Translations under genes and position numbers: made by a program | Shown here: piece after piece, positions 35,797-46,651 of the stretch | Position numbering within the stretch: position 1 is the stretch's first letter | Layout: the number at the start of each line of letters is the position of its first letter | Notes under the pieces: model-generated | Told to the model about the DNA's origin: nothing | Database searches by the model: none | The model's input: only the letters and a program-made list of their open reading frames with translations | NCBI GenBank assembly: GCA_047495785.1 | Contig: JBLDXI010000001.1 | Span: 1,178,001 to 1,242,000 of the forward strand | Length of the DNA: 64,000 nucleotides | From: Lepidodermella squamata | Lineage: Eukaryota > Animalia > Gastrotricha | Direction: 5' to 3'

Positions 35797-35985
35797 TCAT
35801 TATGCGACACATTTTTCGCTAGGTAAATCGCGCATGTTGTCTGTTTTTCTAGCCATGACCATAGCGACATCAGACGTCCTCTATGGCCATGACCTTATAA
35901 AAGATAGAAAAATAAAAACATTTTCCAGCGAAAAATAATGTACCCATATGCACCAGCATGATCCGATTAAAGGTCGATCAACAAG
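35797..35985 (-). pseudogene. Degenerate copy of the 3' end of the DAP decarboxylase gene
   Basis: ggtaaatcgcgcatgttgt, ctagccatgac, agcgaaaaataatgtac and cccata.gcaccagcat are collinear with 37049-37200 (last exon, intron, end of exon 1). The splice donor is damaged. Confidence 0.8.
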
Positions 35986-36411
35986 TTCTACGGCGAAAAG
36001 TTGAACAACCGTCTACACGTCCACGTCTACAACCGTATGCAACGTTTTCTTGCGTTATTATGCCCCATTTCTTGCGCTTTCGCTGGCCATTCAAATTTAC
36101 CTACCCCATTTGCGGTTTCATCTTCATCGTTTCCCCCTATGTATTCTTCGAAGAGAGATCTAGCGGTCTTGATTGTGACATGAAATTCGCGAATCCGTAA
36201 AAAGAAAGGGGGAGGAACTTTGCACACGGATAAGATGAGTCACAATCGGCAGAGTAAAAATCAGCGTGTGTTCGTGCAAATAAAGCACACTTTCATCTCA
36301 TCCGTTCTTGGTCTCACAAAATATGCAAAAAATCTGCAACTCTTTTTCATTTATACAGCAATTCAGACTGCGCAATTATAAGGCATTTTCGGCATACAAC
36401 TTCAACGTCAA

Positions 36412-36915
36412 ATGTTGCCTGGATTAAGATTATTTCTAATTTTATTCTGTCTATTAATATCCGTCGATTTCACGAGTCAAAGCGGTTACGGAATTTGCCA
36501 GGCTGGATGTGCAGCTTTAGTAGTTGCATGTTATAGTGCTTTGGGTCTCACTTTTGGAACAGTTACTGCAGGCGCAGGGACGCCCGCTGCAGTGCTAGCC
36601 TGCAACGCTGCCTTCGGGAAATGCCAAGCAGGCTGTTTTGCCGCTTTAGCTGCTGATGCCGCCATTGTTGGCGGGGCTAGCTCATCTTTTCTGGGTCCGC
36701 TGGGCGCAGTTGCGGTGGTGACAGCATTAGCTGGAACCCTCGCTTACTATTGGGGAACGGACGGCGTTACCCTGTTCAAGGACGCGGCAGTTTGCTACTG
36801 GAAGGCTGGAAAAACGTTTGGCGTCTCTGGACATGAAGGCTGTAAGGAAGTGGCTAAATGCAATGAGGCATTGGGAAGTGGGCTCGCAAAGCTGTTCAAT
36901 AAATCAGCGAAATGA
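36412..36915 (+). CDS. Tandem paralog of the Cys-rich small protein
   Basis: Same Cys motif; YYWGTDGV.LFKDAAVCYW shared with 35155-35691. Confidence 0.75.
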   Translation: MLPGLRLFLILFCLLISVDFTSQSGYGICQAGCAALVVACYSALGLTFGTVTAGAGTPAAVLACNAAFGKCQAGCFAALAADAAIVGGASSSFLGPLGAVAVVTALAGTLAYYWGTDGVTLFKDAAVCYWKAGKTFGVSGHEGCKEVAKCNEALGSGLAKLFNKSAK

Positions 36916-37048
36916 AGTGCAACCCAGACTATCACCTCAAGAGATGTACGTCACTGCTGATATTTGTGAAGTTCGCCAATTTTCCTGAAATGATTATCAT
37001 TCGATAATGTCTTCTTCATCAAATCACAGTAAGAGTCAGAAATTTTAT

Positions 37049-38344
37049 TCATTTTCTGTCAAGACATATTTCGCGTGGTAAATCGCGCATGTTGTATGTG
37101 CTAGCCATGACTTTCCTATAACAAAGGCAAAAGAATAAAAAGCATTAGGAAATGTTTTTTAGCGAAAAATAATGTACTTACCCATAAGCACCAGCATCAG
37201 CGATGAGCAGAATGTCCCCTTCACGAGTGTCGCTTGGCAACTTGATCTGCTTCGCAATAAAATCGCCAGATTCGCATATTTGACCGACGACATCAAAGTT
37301 CTCCTCCTTCTCATGTGATTCACCGCCTCGCAATATCGCCGATAAATTAAAAACATGATGATGAGCTGAATATAGAGCGGGTCGGATGAGCGTATTCATC
37401 CCAGCATCAGTTCCTACAAATCGCCGGCCGCATTTTGATTTCAGCTGCGTTACTCGTGACAGTAAAACCCCAGATTCAGCAACTAGAAACCGGCCTGATT
37501 CCATCCAAATTTCAACATGAGGCGGCAGACTAGTTTTCACAGCTGCTAAATGACGATTCACCTCGACTAAATCTACCTCTTCGCCCTTACGCTCGAAACG
37601 ATGATAATCGACACCAAGGCCACCTCCGACGTTGAGAAATTTGATGTGAGGAAAATGGGTCAGAAATTTAGATAAATAGCTCGCATTCCTAGCCCATGTT
37701 TCTGTATCGAAAAGCTGTGAACCTAAATGGAGATGAAGTCCTATAACACGACAGTTCAACTCCTCCAGGCGATTTCGAACCAACGCCAATTCATCAGGGT
37801 CAGACTCGAAATCAATTCCAAATTTTGATTGCTGTCCGGCTGTGTTGATGTAATGGTGATGAGACTGATTATTAGCCTGACCTGGGTCGAGCCGCAATAT
37901 TATTTCACGATTTTTAAACACGTCATCAGGCCAGTTGAATAAAGGCCACGAGTTGTCTAAGGTGATGTAGCCACAAATTGTGCTTGCTTCAACAAATTCC
38001 TGTCGTCCGACAAAATTCGGCGTGAATAACAGACGATGCCGGGTTAAAATATCCGCGCCAAATATTTCAAGGACGTGCCGAATTTCGTTTAGAGAAACAC
38101 ATTCAAAGCCGCCTGTCAACCGGCCGTTTCTCCAAATTGCGCGGAGGACACCCGGGTTGTGATTGGCTTTCACGGCGAACCAGAGTCGGTCTACGGCGGT
38201 TAAAGTGTTTAAAACGAGGTCAACTCGTTGACTGATTTCCGAGGTGGAATAAACGTATAATGGCGTCGGCTCAGCTTCCTGGTCACGATTAACCAGGTCG
38301 ATCAAGTCGATCTTTTTCCCAAGCCACCACGGTTCTTTATTCAT
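37049..38344 (-). CDS. lysA: Diaminopimelate decarboxylase (PLP fold III), AspK-DapDC-fusion subtype, 2 exons (38344-37182, 37115-37049), 409 aa
   Basis: TPLYVY, PLP lysine in FAVKAN, FECVSLNE, LFTPNF, SKFG, HLHLGS, GGGLG, ESGRFLVAESGVL, GMNTLIRPALY, ICESGD, GAYG. A 66-nt GT-AG intron (37116-37181) restores KVMASTYNMRDLPREICL. Confidence 0.9.
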
Positions 38345-38948
38345 GATAAGTTGTGGCAAAATAATACAGCAAACCGTAATAGCAAGAAATTTAGATAATA
38401 ATAAAGAGATAAGAACTGGCTGTTGGCAAAATATAGCCGATTTGGGAAATTGCAAAGGATAAGATAAATCATTGAAATCGCAGGCTTGAGATATTTGTTC
38501 CTGAAAATTACCAGCTGAATCCCGGGAAATTAGTTTAGCTCAGGAGCATCTCAGGAGAGATAAAAAAATGTGACATTAAAATTATTGTTGAATTTTTGTT
38601 ATATTTTTTTTATACCTATCAGACCTAAATGAGGCCTCCAGATTGTCTGAACATGTTTCATCACCCTTTTTCGTACAATTTTCGAAAAATTTATGTTACG
38701 TAACTTTTCATTCAAAAAATTTACGCACGAAAAATTGAACGTGGCGAAGGCGGTTCAAGCACGCGATTTCAAGTGCCTGATCAATAAAATTTCGCAAAAA
38801 ATAAACTCGGCTTGTGCTTCTCAACGCCGAAAAAACGCCACTTTTCAGTTTCATTCGATCGGATTTTTGTTCGTCATCATTCGATAATTTATTGTTTCAC
38901 TATTAATTTATTTCTGTAAATTATTGTTCAATATTTGCTACCTGAAAC

Positions 38949-41883
38949 ATGACGGCGCCTCTCAACGTCATGTACCGAGCTTCGGTTCGCGACAACTGTT
39001 GCGTTCGATACTGCCGATTTTGGCTGATGGCCGCTCTTGTTATCCTATTCTCCGTTCTATGCATCATGACGTGAGACGTTGAAATATCTATTTTTATTCA
39101 AAATTTGGCAATTTTTATCAAAAGGTTGCCGAAAATTTTCCACCGCCGTCATCACTTCACAAGCAGGCCGAATGTAGCGCAACACGCTGCTCAACACGCT
39201 GCGAAATCTCATGTCGATAAAAGAGCCCCGACCCCGGTTGAAAAGTTCGAACCAATCAACCAGGAATCTCAATCGTTACCTGACGACCACTCGCATGAAG
39301 ATCACGAGGATGAAGGTGATGATGATGATGAACATGGGCTGATGCCGGGCGATGAAGAGCAGCAAGTCGCTAGGCCGGGTATGGGCAGCGAGGAGAAGTT
39401 CCGGCGGCAAATCGAAGACCGCATCAACCCGGCCCAAGTTCCGCGATCGAACAAAAAGCTGGATGAGGATAAGTTGAAGGAATTTGCTGGCAACGCGTTG
39501 CCTGCCCTGGAAGAACCGAACCCGCACGTGCCCCGGGGTGGCGATGTCGAGTTCGAAGGCGTGCCAGTCAATGTGAAACGCGGTTTCGGTAAGACGATGA
39601 AGAAGGCGAATAAGCGGCGTTATGACGATGATAATGAAGACCATTCAGGTGTGTTCAAGGAGGCCAACAGCTGGGCGTCGATTTCGGTCGAGCGGCGCAA
39701 CAAGAAGAAGGACGACGGCAAGCCGCCGAAGAAGGCGAAACGCGACCCGACTAACAAGCACGTCGGCTTGGCGCGCGAGGAGGAAAGCGGCGACGATGAC
39801 GAAAAGGAGCCCGAGCATGACGACGACCACCATCATGATCATCATGACCACAAGCATCACGAGCGCCATGAAGACGCGGAGCATAACCATGAAGAAGCCA
39901 CGGATAAGAAGGTCGAGGACGAGCAGAAACAAGTCGACGCTAAGCAACAGGTAATTTCAAATTCGTAAAAAAAATTCACGGTTTCTAGTAAGGAAGAAGC
40001 GGAACCAAAATTGCCTGAAGAACTTACAGTAATTAAATTGCCAAACATCTATAAGTGACATTCTCCGTGGTTTTCAGTTTTGAGGCCTGGCGAACAATTT
40101 CAGAGCACGACGTAGTCAAGCTAAAAAAAATTAATTTAGAATTGCACTTTTTAGTTATTTGCGTTTGGTTCCAAGTTTTTTTTTAATTTGGGCCCGCTAA
40201 AAGATACTCGGATTTGAATCTATTACTTAATTTACCTTAAATTGAATTCTCAAGGAACAACTGAAACTTCACGATTTACTGGAAAATTCGAAAAACAATC
40301 GGCTAATGGCTAAATTCCCGAGTGAAAATAACTTGCATTAAAATTAATTCAATATTTTTTCAGTTTTTTCAGAAAAAGTTTGAGATTTTTATGATCAACT
40401 TTTAGGACAAACAGGTGGATAAAAATCAGAAAAAGAAGTTGCAGAAAGCTGAACCTCAACAAGCTGATCAGCTGAAGCAAGAAGATGTCAAGCCTAAGAA
40501 AGAAAAATCTAACCAGCCTTTGAAAACCGACGAGCAAGAGCAAAAGCAGCAACAAGAGAAGAAGCTTGAAGCCGAACCCCAAGCCGATGTGAAAAATCTG
40601 AAGAAGGAAGAGGCGAAGAATGACAACGCGCTGGAGGCTAGCGACAACAAGGAAAAGAAAAAGGCTGGCAAGGCTTGCAAGAAGGGTGACAAGAAATGCG
40701 AGGAAAAGCACGAGCATGAAAAGACGGAGAAGAACGAAGCTATGAAGGCCGATGAAAAGATCCAGCAGAAACAAGAGGAAGTCGATGCGGCCAAGCCCGA
40801 AACACCCGAAGTCGCTCAACAAATCGAGAACGAGGCTAATAAACCCGCTGATCAAGACAACGCGGCCGAACCCGAGGCCGATAAGAAGGAAGAGAAGAAA
40901 AAGAGCCGAAAGCAGAAGAAGGTCGAGAAAGCTGCCGAACACTTGAACGCTCAGCTGGATAAAATTCAGAAGAAGTTGGAGAAAAATGGTGATGTGAATC
41001 TGCACATGGAGTTAGATCAGGCTGATGTTCAGCGGAATCTGGTGAAATATTTCGCTAAAAAGCTGACCGATGACCAACACAAGGACATGGTTGAAACAAT
41101 CAACGCCTGCCATGCCATGTTGAAGCGGACGAAACTTCGGTATTTCTTGCACGGCCGATCGCTGCTTGGATTCTACCGCCACGGCATGAATATGATCCCG
41201 TAAGAAAGTTTCAATTTAAAGTGAATTTTCGAAATTTTTATTCAATTTTTTTAGATGGGACAATGAAGCCGAGATTGCGTTGTTCGCCGAGCAAGTCGGC
41301 AGCGTCGACTCACCGGCCGACTACTACCTGAACTTGTTGAAGAAGCGCGGGTTGGAAACCGACGAGTACAAGTTGAAGAAAAAGTCTGATAACACGTTGG
41401 TTTTCCGCAAAAACGCCGACCCAGTCGACGGTTTCCGCCCCACTGTCACCATTGTCATCCTCCGCGTGGTTGACAAGGACACGCAGAAGCAGGTTTTCAA
41501 CTTCGCAACCAACGACCGCGCTGCCCAGAAAGGCATGATTGTCACTGAGGGCCGCAGCCAAGAACCGGTAATTTTTAAAATAATTTTAATTTTTTTATTA
41601 AAATGAAATTGTGATTTTTTAGTATCCGTTGAGCCTTGTTATGCCGTTGCAATCGGCGACTTTCGAATCTACCGTCGAAACGTTCGTTCCCAGCCGCCTT
41701 CGTGATGTCCTGTCGAAGATGTACGAGAATCCGGCCATGTGTGAAACGCTGCCCATCGTGCGTGACGATATGCCCGATCACGAGATGCGCGTTCAAGTCG
41801 AGTGCAGCCAACTGGCCAACATGTACCAGATTACCAATGTCCTAGATCAGGCGGTATTGAAAGCGCCGAAAATGGGCGCGTAA
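38949..41883 (+). CDS. LicD/fukutin-family type II membrane protein with long charged stem, 5 exons (38949-39070, 39125-39950, 40406-41199, 41255-41567, 41623-41883), 771 aa
   Basis: N-terminal anchor FWLMAALVILFSVLCIM; spliced YFLHGRSLLGFYRHGMNMIPWDNEAEI and YPLSLVMPLQSATFE...P...LSKMY match LicD-family motifs; all introns GT-AG with compatible phases. Confidence 0.75.
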
Positions 41884-42468
41884 ACTGCGATAAACACTAT
41901 CATTATTTTTGAGGTTGGTGATATATCTATTGTAATTGATCGGAAGTTCGATTGCGAATCTTTATTGGAGATGATGATACAATAAATTAGACGTTTCAGT
42001 ATCAGCTGAACCACATCGTATCCAGAGTTCAATTCAGTAATATAAATTACTGAGTGGAGATTCGAAATCAAATTTGGCTCCTTTAACATGAGGTTAGGGT
42101 TGGAAAGCTCAGGAAACCGAAAAGGTCCCGAAACTTAGATCGAACTAATGTGTAAAACGGGAAAGACTCCCGATTTTGCCAGCAAATTCGACAAGTCAAA
42201 GTGATATCAGCCTTCTCGGGGAGATATGATCCCTACCCAGCTTTGAAAGCAGAAAATTTTGGTCGAACAATTTGCAATATTACGCAACCGGAATCCCTAA
42301 TAAATTACACTATTTTCGAGGAATATATTTTTTCGAATTTTATTTCAATATTTTCACCAAGTCCCCATATCATCATTCAGAGTATCAATAGTTAGCATCA
42401 AGAATAATATATAAATATTATCAACCGGCAAGTATCTTTGGAAAAGTCTTATTCATCGAAAAGCTCAA

Positions 42469-44142
42469 TTACTTTCTGGGAACCAGTTTCACCCAGACAC
42501 CATCAAGCGGCGTAATGGTGAAGCCGCACATCAAGGGCAATGAATCACCAGTTCTCGGAGTTTTCTCGATCCGATACTTGCGCAACAGGTTAACAAAGGT
42601 AAGCTTCATCTCCAGCATAGCAAATCGCATTCCTAAGCAAATCCGAGGCCCGGCGCCGAACGGCATAAAGGCGCCCTCATGTCTCGTGGCATAAGTCGGG
42701 TAGTCGGGGAAAAATCGTTCCGGGTGGAATTTTTCAACATCAACCGGGCCCCACTGCTGTTCATCACGATGCAGCGACCAAACATCGCCCATTATATTCA
42801 TTCCTTTGGCGATATGGACACCGTTGATGACCGTGGACTCAATGCAGCATCGATGAAGGACCAAAGGCGCGATGGGGTAAATCCTAAGGCTCTCATTGAT
42901 AACCGCCTCCAAATAGGGCAAGTTCATTAATGTTTCGTAGTCAGCAGGCGAGGAATCGTTCGGTAGAACAGCATCGATCTCGGCAATCAGCTTATTTTGA
43001 ACATCGGGATTATTCGCCAATAAATGGGTTGTAAATGCCATAGAATTGCTCGAAGTCTATTAAATTAATAAAATTCAAATAAAATTTATATTAATTAAAT
43101 TAATTAAAATTTTAAATGAACTTACTTCGTAACCAGCAATCATGAAAATTGCGCTCTGCCCGATAACTTCTTCGACAGTGAGACCCTTGTGGCCGTTCAA
43201 GAGATTCGGATCTGCCACAGATTCCTCGACATCAAGCATCATTTGCAACAAATCAGCCCGCCTCTCGTTTTTAGCCTTCCGCTCGTTGATGACTTGTTTC
43301 GTTGAATCTCTCAACAGAGCTCGAGTAGTGAATGTCCCGAAACCGAGCAAAGCACGCATGTCTTCAAACCGGAAAATAAGCCGATCGATTTCCGGGAAAA
43401 CAATGGCTAATTTCATAGAGGTATGCGCGTTGACAATGTTTTTGAACATCGCATTGATGGCGATCAAAAATGGATTGTTGCCGCCTCGGTTTTTCGTACT
43501 CTCCAATTCGACACCGAACGCCGATTCGGCAATTGTGTCCATTGTCAGGAATTGCAAAGGTTCGAAAATGTTGCATTCCTGACCGGATGCGGCGCTTTCT
43601 TTGATCAGACTCATGAAGTCTGTCTGGCATTTGGCCAATAAGGGCATGAGAGACTTGAGGCGGCCAGCTGAGAACATAGGATTAGCTATAGTCCTAAGCC
43701 TCTTCCATCGCTCTCCACGAGCCAGCAAAACATTCACAGTTTGACTGCGAAAAACTCGTTGCAATAACCTTCAATACAAATTTTTTAAATTTTACCTCGC
43801 AGATTCCGGATCATCTTGAAGTGGGAAATGTTTATGCCCAGGAAAATTCGAAAATTGTTTAATATAGACTTGGGTTAGGAAGGCAGGGTCCGTCGAAACC
43901 AGAGTAGGCGTAGAACCTTCGTAATACCCATATAACTTGCCGTATTTTTTCGACCAATTCGGCATGACCAAATGCCTTCCTTTTTCGTCGGCCATTTCCA
44001 TCAAGTTGCCCAGGAGCCAGTGCGGCTCTGGGCCTGGAATGCCTTCGCGTTTGAAGTGGTTGAATGCGAAAAACTTGCGGTAGATGTAGAACGCTATTGA
44101 TGATGTGGTGATAGCCACAGCTATCGCAGCTAAAATTGCCAT
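42469..44142 (-). CDS. Cytochrome P450, CYP3 clan-like, 3 exons (44142-43796, 43744-43126, 43056-42469), 517 aa
   Basis: TM anchor + GIPGP, WKRLR, AGYE|TS, ESLR, PERF, FGAGPRICLG; introns 43745-43795 and 43057-43125. Confidence 0.93.
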
Positions 44143-45352
44143 TTTCAATGTTCTGAGAAAGTGTTAAATCTAGGCAAGTTCAGTTAATACACGTTATTTA
44201 TCTCGACTTTTCCTTAGGCTGTACAAAATTTGACAATGGCGAAGAACGAACTTGCTTGTGTAGTGAATGAAAAAAATGTCCAGGGCGCTAAAGGATCAGA
44301 ATTACAAAGAACAGTGCACTAGTGGCTTGTAGTATGCCGTGTATTACTATTCTACACGCCGCGTATCGGGCTTTGACGTATACGATATTTTTTTTTTCTC
44401 TATCCGTTTTTTTTGCGGTTTTACGCATAATATGGATTATATAAGCAATGAGTGTGCACATGTCTCTCGTGCGAAAGCTTTTTCGGCTGAAACGGGGTCA
44501 TCCATCGATTTTGCCTGGTCTGCGGTCGCCACAAAAGACATCAAGGCGGCTGGGAAAACTCAGAACATAAAAGCAATATAAGCCCAAGTGACGCATAATA
44601 TATTATGAAGTTAGGTCATCAATTTTAGGGGAGACAAATTTTGAGTAATTAATTTGCTGAAAACATTTTTGCCAATTTTTTCTGGAGTTTTTTGATTAAT
44701 TAAAAAAAATGAAAATGACCAAAAAATGTCTTCGTAATTTTCAGTTTAAGGCCTGACCATCGATTGCCTGCTTGACAAATTTATTTCATTTTGAAAATTA
44801 CATTTCAACTTTTTTACCGTTTTTAATAATTTGCGTATGGTTCCAACTCTTGAATTTTGGTTTCGCAACACGAAAATTTGGTTCCGCTAAAATGTATTCT
44901 GATAAACTCATCCCCCCTCGTCTAATTATTTACGATGTTTTATGGTATAGTATACCCTCGGTAGTGCTTGGTAAAAATTGCTTTAGATAAAACTAACTGG
45001 GTGGATATACATATTTGACCTTTTCAATCGACCGCACTCGCAATAGGTATAAGGGCAACGGCGCCGGAACGAGTGTAAGAAAAAATGATTCCGGAAATTT
45101 CCGAATTTTTGTTCTTCGCACATGACGTTCATAAAGCTGCGGATATCGAATAAATCTCATGGTAAAATATTTACATTTGCTCAGAATTCTTCTCTCTTTA
45201 TTAACAAAGCCTGAGCAAAATTCTGGACGAATTTATTGGCAACGAAGGTTCTAGTTTTTTATTATATAATAACATTGGAATATAAACGGTGATGAAGTAT
45301 TGCGTTTTTCGTTCGCAGTCGATGCAACAAATTTTCGTTGTAACCGCGAAAT

Positions 45353-46605
45353 ATGCTTTTTGCGATATTCGCTCTGTTTCCGGCATTTTGTTATTTCCTA
45401 GCCTCGGCTCAGAACGAGACTATGATGAGTCTATGGGGCGAGAATGCAGAATATGAATTTTTCAACGTGAAATGCCCACTGGCCAGGTCGACAAACTTAC
45501 CCCAAGAGTTGATGTTCACAGATGAAAGCTCCTTACCAATCAATGTGACATTCACCTTCGCCCTGTATCGAATCTGTGACATCGATGACCTTCAGCAAAG
45601 GTTACTCCGGCAAAACAAAAAGACATGCATATTATATTTATATGTTTCAGCCTGTCTATTCTTGGACAGATAGAGTTGGCATGGGAGCTTCCGAGAAATG
45701 GCTGCATGTGCCTCACCTGCTCGGATGAGGACGGCGACGAGCCCCAAGAACAAGGGGACGTAGCATTAAATCGAGCAAAAGCTATCACTTGGTTTCCGCA
45801 GATTCTGCACTTAAATGCTCTGAAAAAACCAACCGCTTTCAATGAAAAGGTAGAAACTGTGATGTTTTACGCCGACGACTTCCCCCGAGTGACTGCGGAA
45901 GTAGTGATTCAATTGATTCTGGAGACAAGCTGCGATGGGTTCAGTCTGCCTCGATTCCCCTTCGACAAACTCGATTGCGTCTTGATTTTTGAAGCCCTTC
46001 AAAATTCGGAGTATTTAAGTTTCATTGAAGCCAAATTCACAATAGAAACGTTAATCTACAAGCCGCTTGATAATGCAGACATATGGGAGATGGCGTCTGT
46101 TGGTGGAAAAAATGTTTCAATATCGAAGGTGGGGAGGTATGTCGGGTCGGAATTACTTGCTTTTGATATGGTAGACTTCAAATTGTCATTCCGACGGAAG
46201 CCTTATTACATTATGGGAAATATTTTAATCCCAATCTACATTCTATCGTTTCTTCAGCTCTCATCTTTGCTTATGAATCCTACTTACCCAGATAGACCCA
46301 TGTTCTGCATGACCGTTGTGCTAGCTGTCTTTGTACTGTTAACATTAGCTTATTCATCAATTCCTAAGACTTCTGAGGTCATTTATTTGATTGTAACGAT
46401 TGAAGCAAAGATCGTGATTTCAGCTGCTATCACATTCTATACTCTTCTATCAATGACAGTTGCGGAATATCCTAAATTCAAAACTACATCAAAAATTTTA
46501 TCGATCTCCTTCATCAGGCTATTGGATGTCGTAGTAGCGTCTGTCTCAACAATTGTCATTATAACAGTCGATTTTGTTTGCATGAACATGATGATGCAAG
46601 ATTGA
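45353..46605 (+). CDS. Divergent Cys-loop (pentameric ligand-gated) channel subunit, 2 exons (45353-45600, 45651-46605), 400 aa
   Basis: Signal peptide, WFPQI, Cys-loop C..FPFD...C, pre-M1 FRRKPYY, four TM helices, very short M3-M4 loop; 50-nt intron. Confidence 0.85.
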
Positions 46606-46651
46606 ACATGATAATCGTTACAAATTTTATTTGCAGTAAATTCATTTGGTG

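Noticed and set aside
37049-38344. lysA as bacterial contamination, or the window as prokaryotic
   Set aside because: The gene needs a GT-AG intron to complete its conserved C-terminus, its 3' part is duplicated locally with that intron, and neighbours are intron-containing animal genes.
39276-41005. Hydrophobic minus-strand ORFs (39276-39644, 39645-39947, 40349-41005) as membrane proteins
   Set aside because: They are antisense shadows of the K/E/D/H-rich exons of the LicD-like gene.
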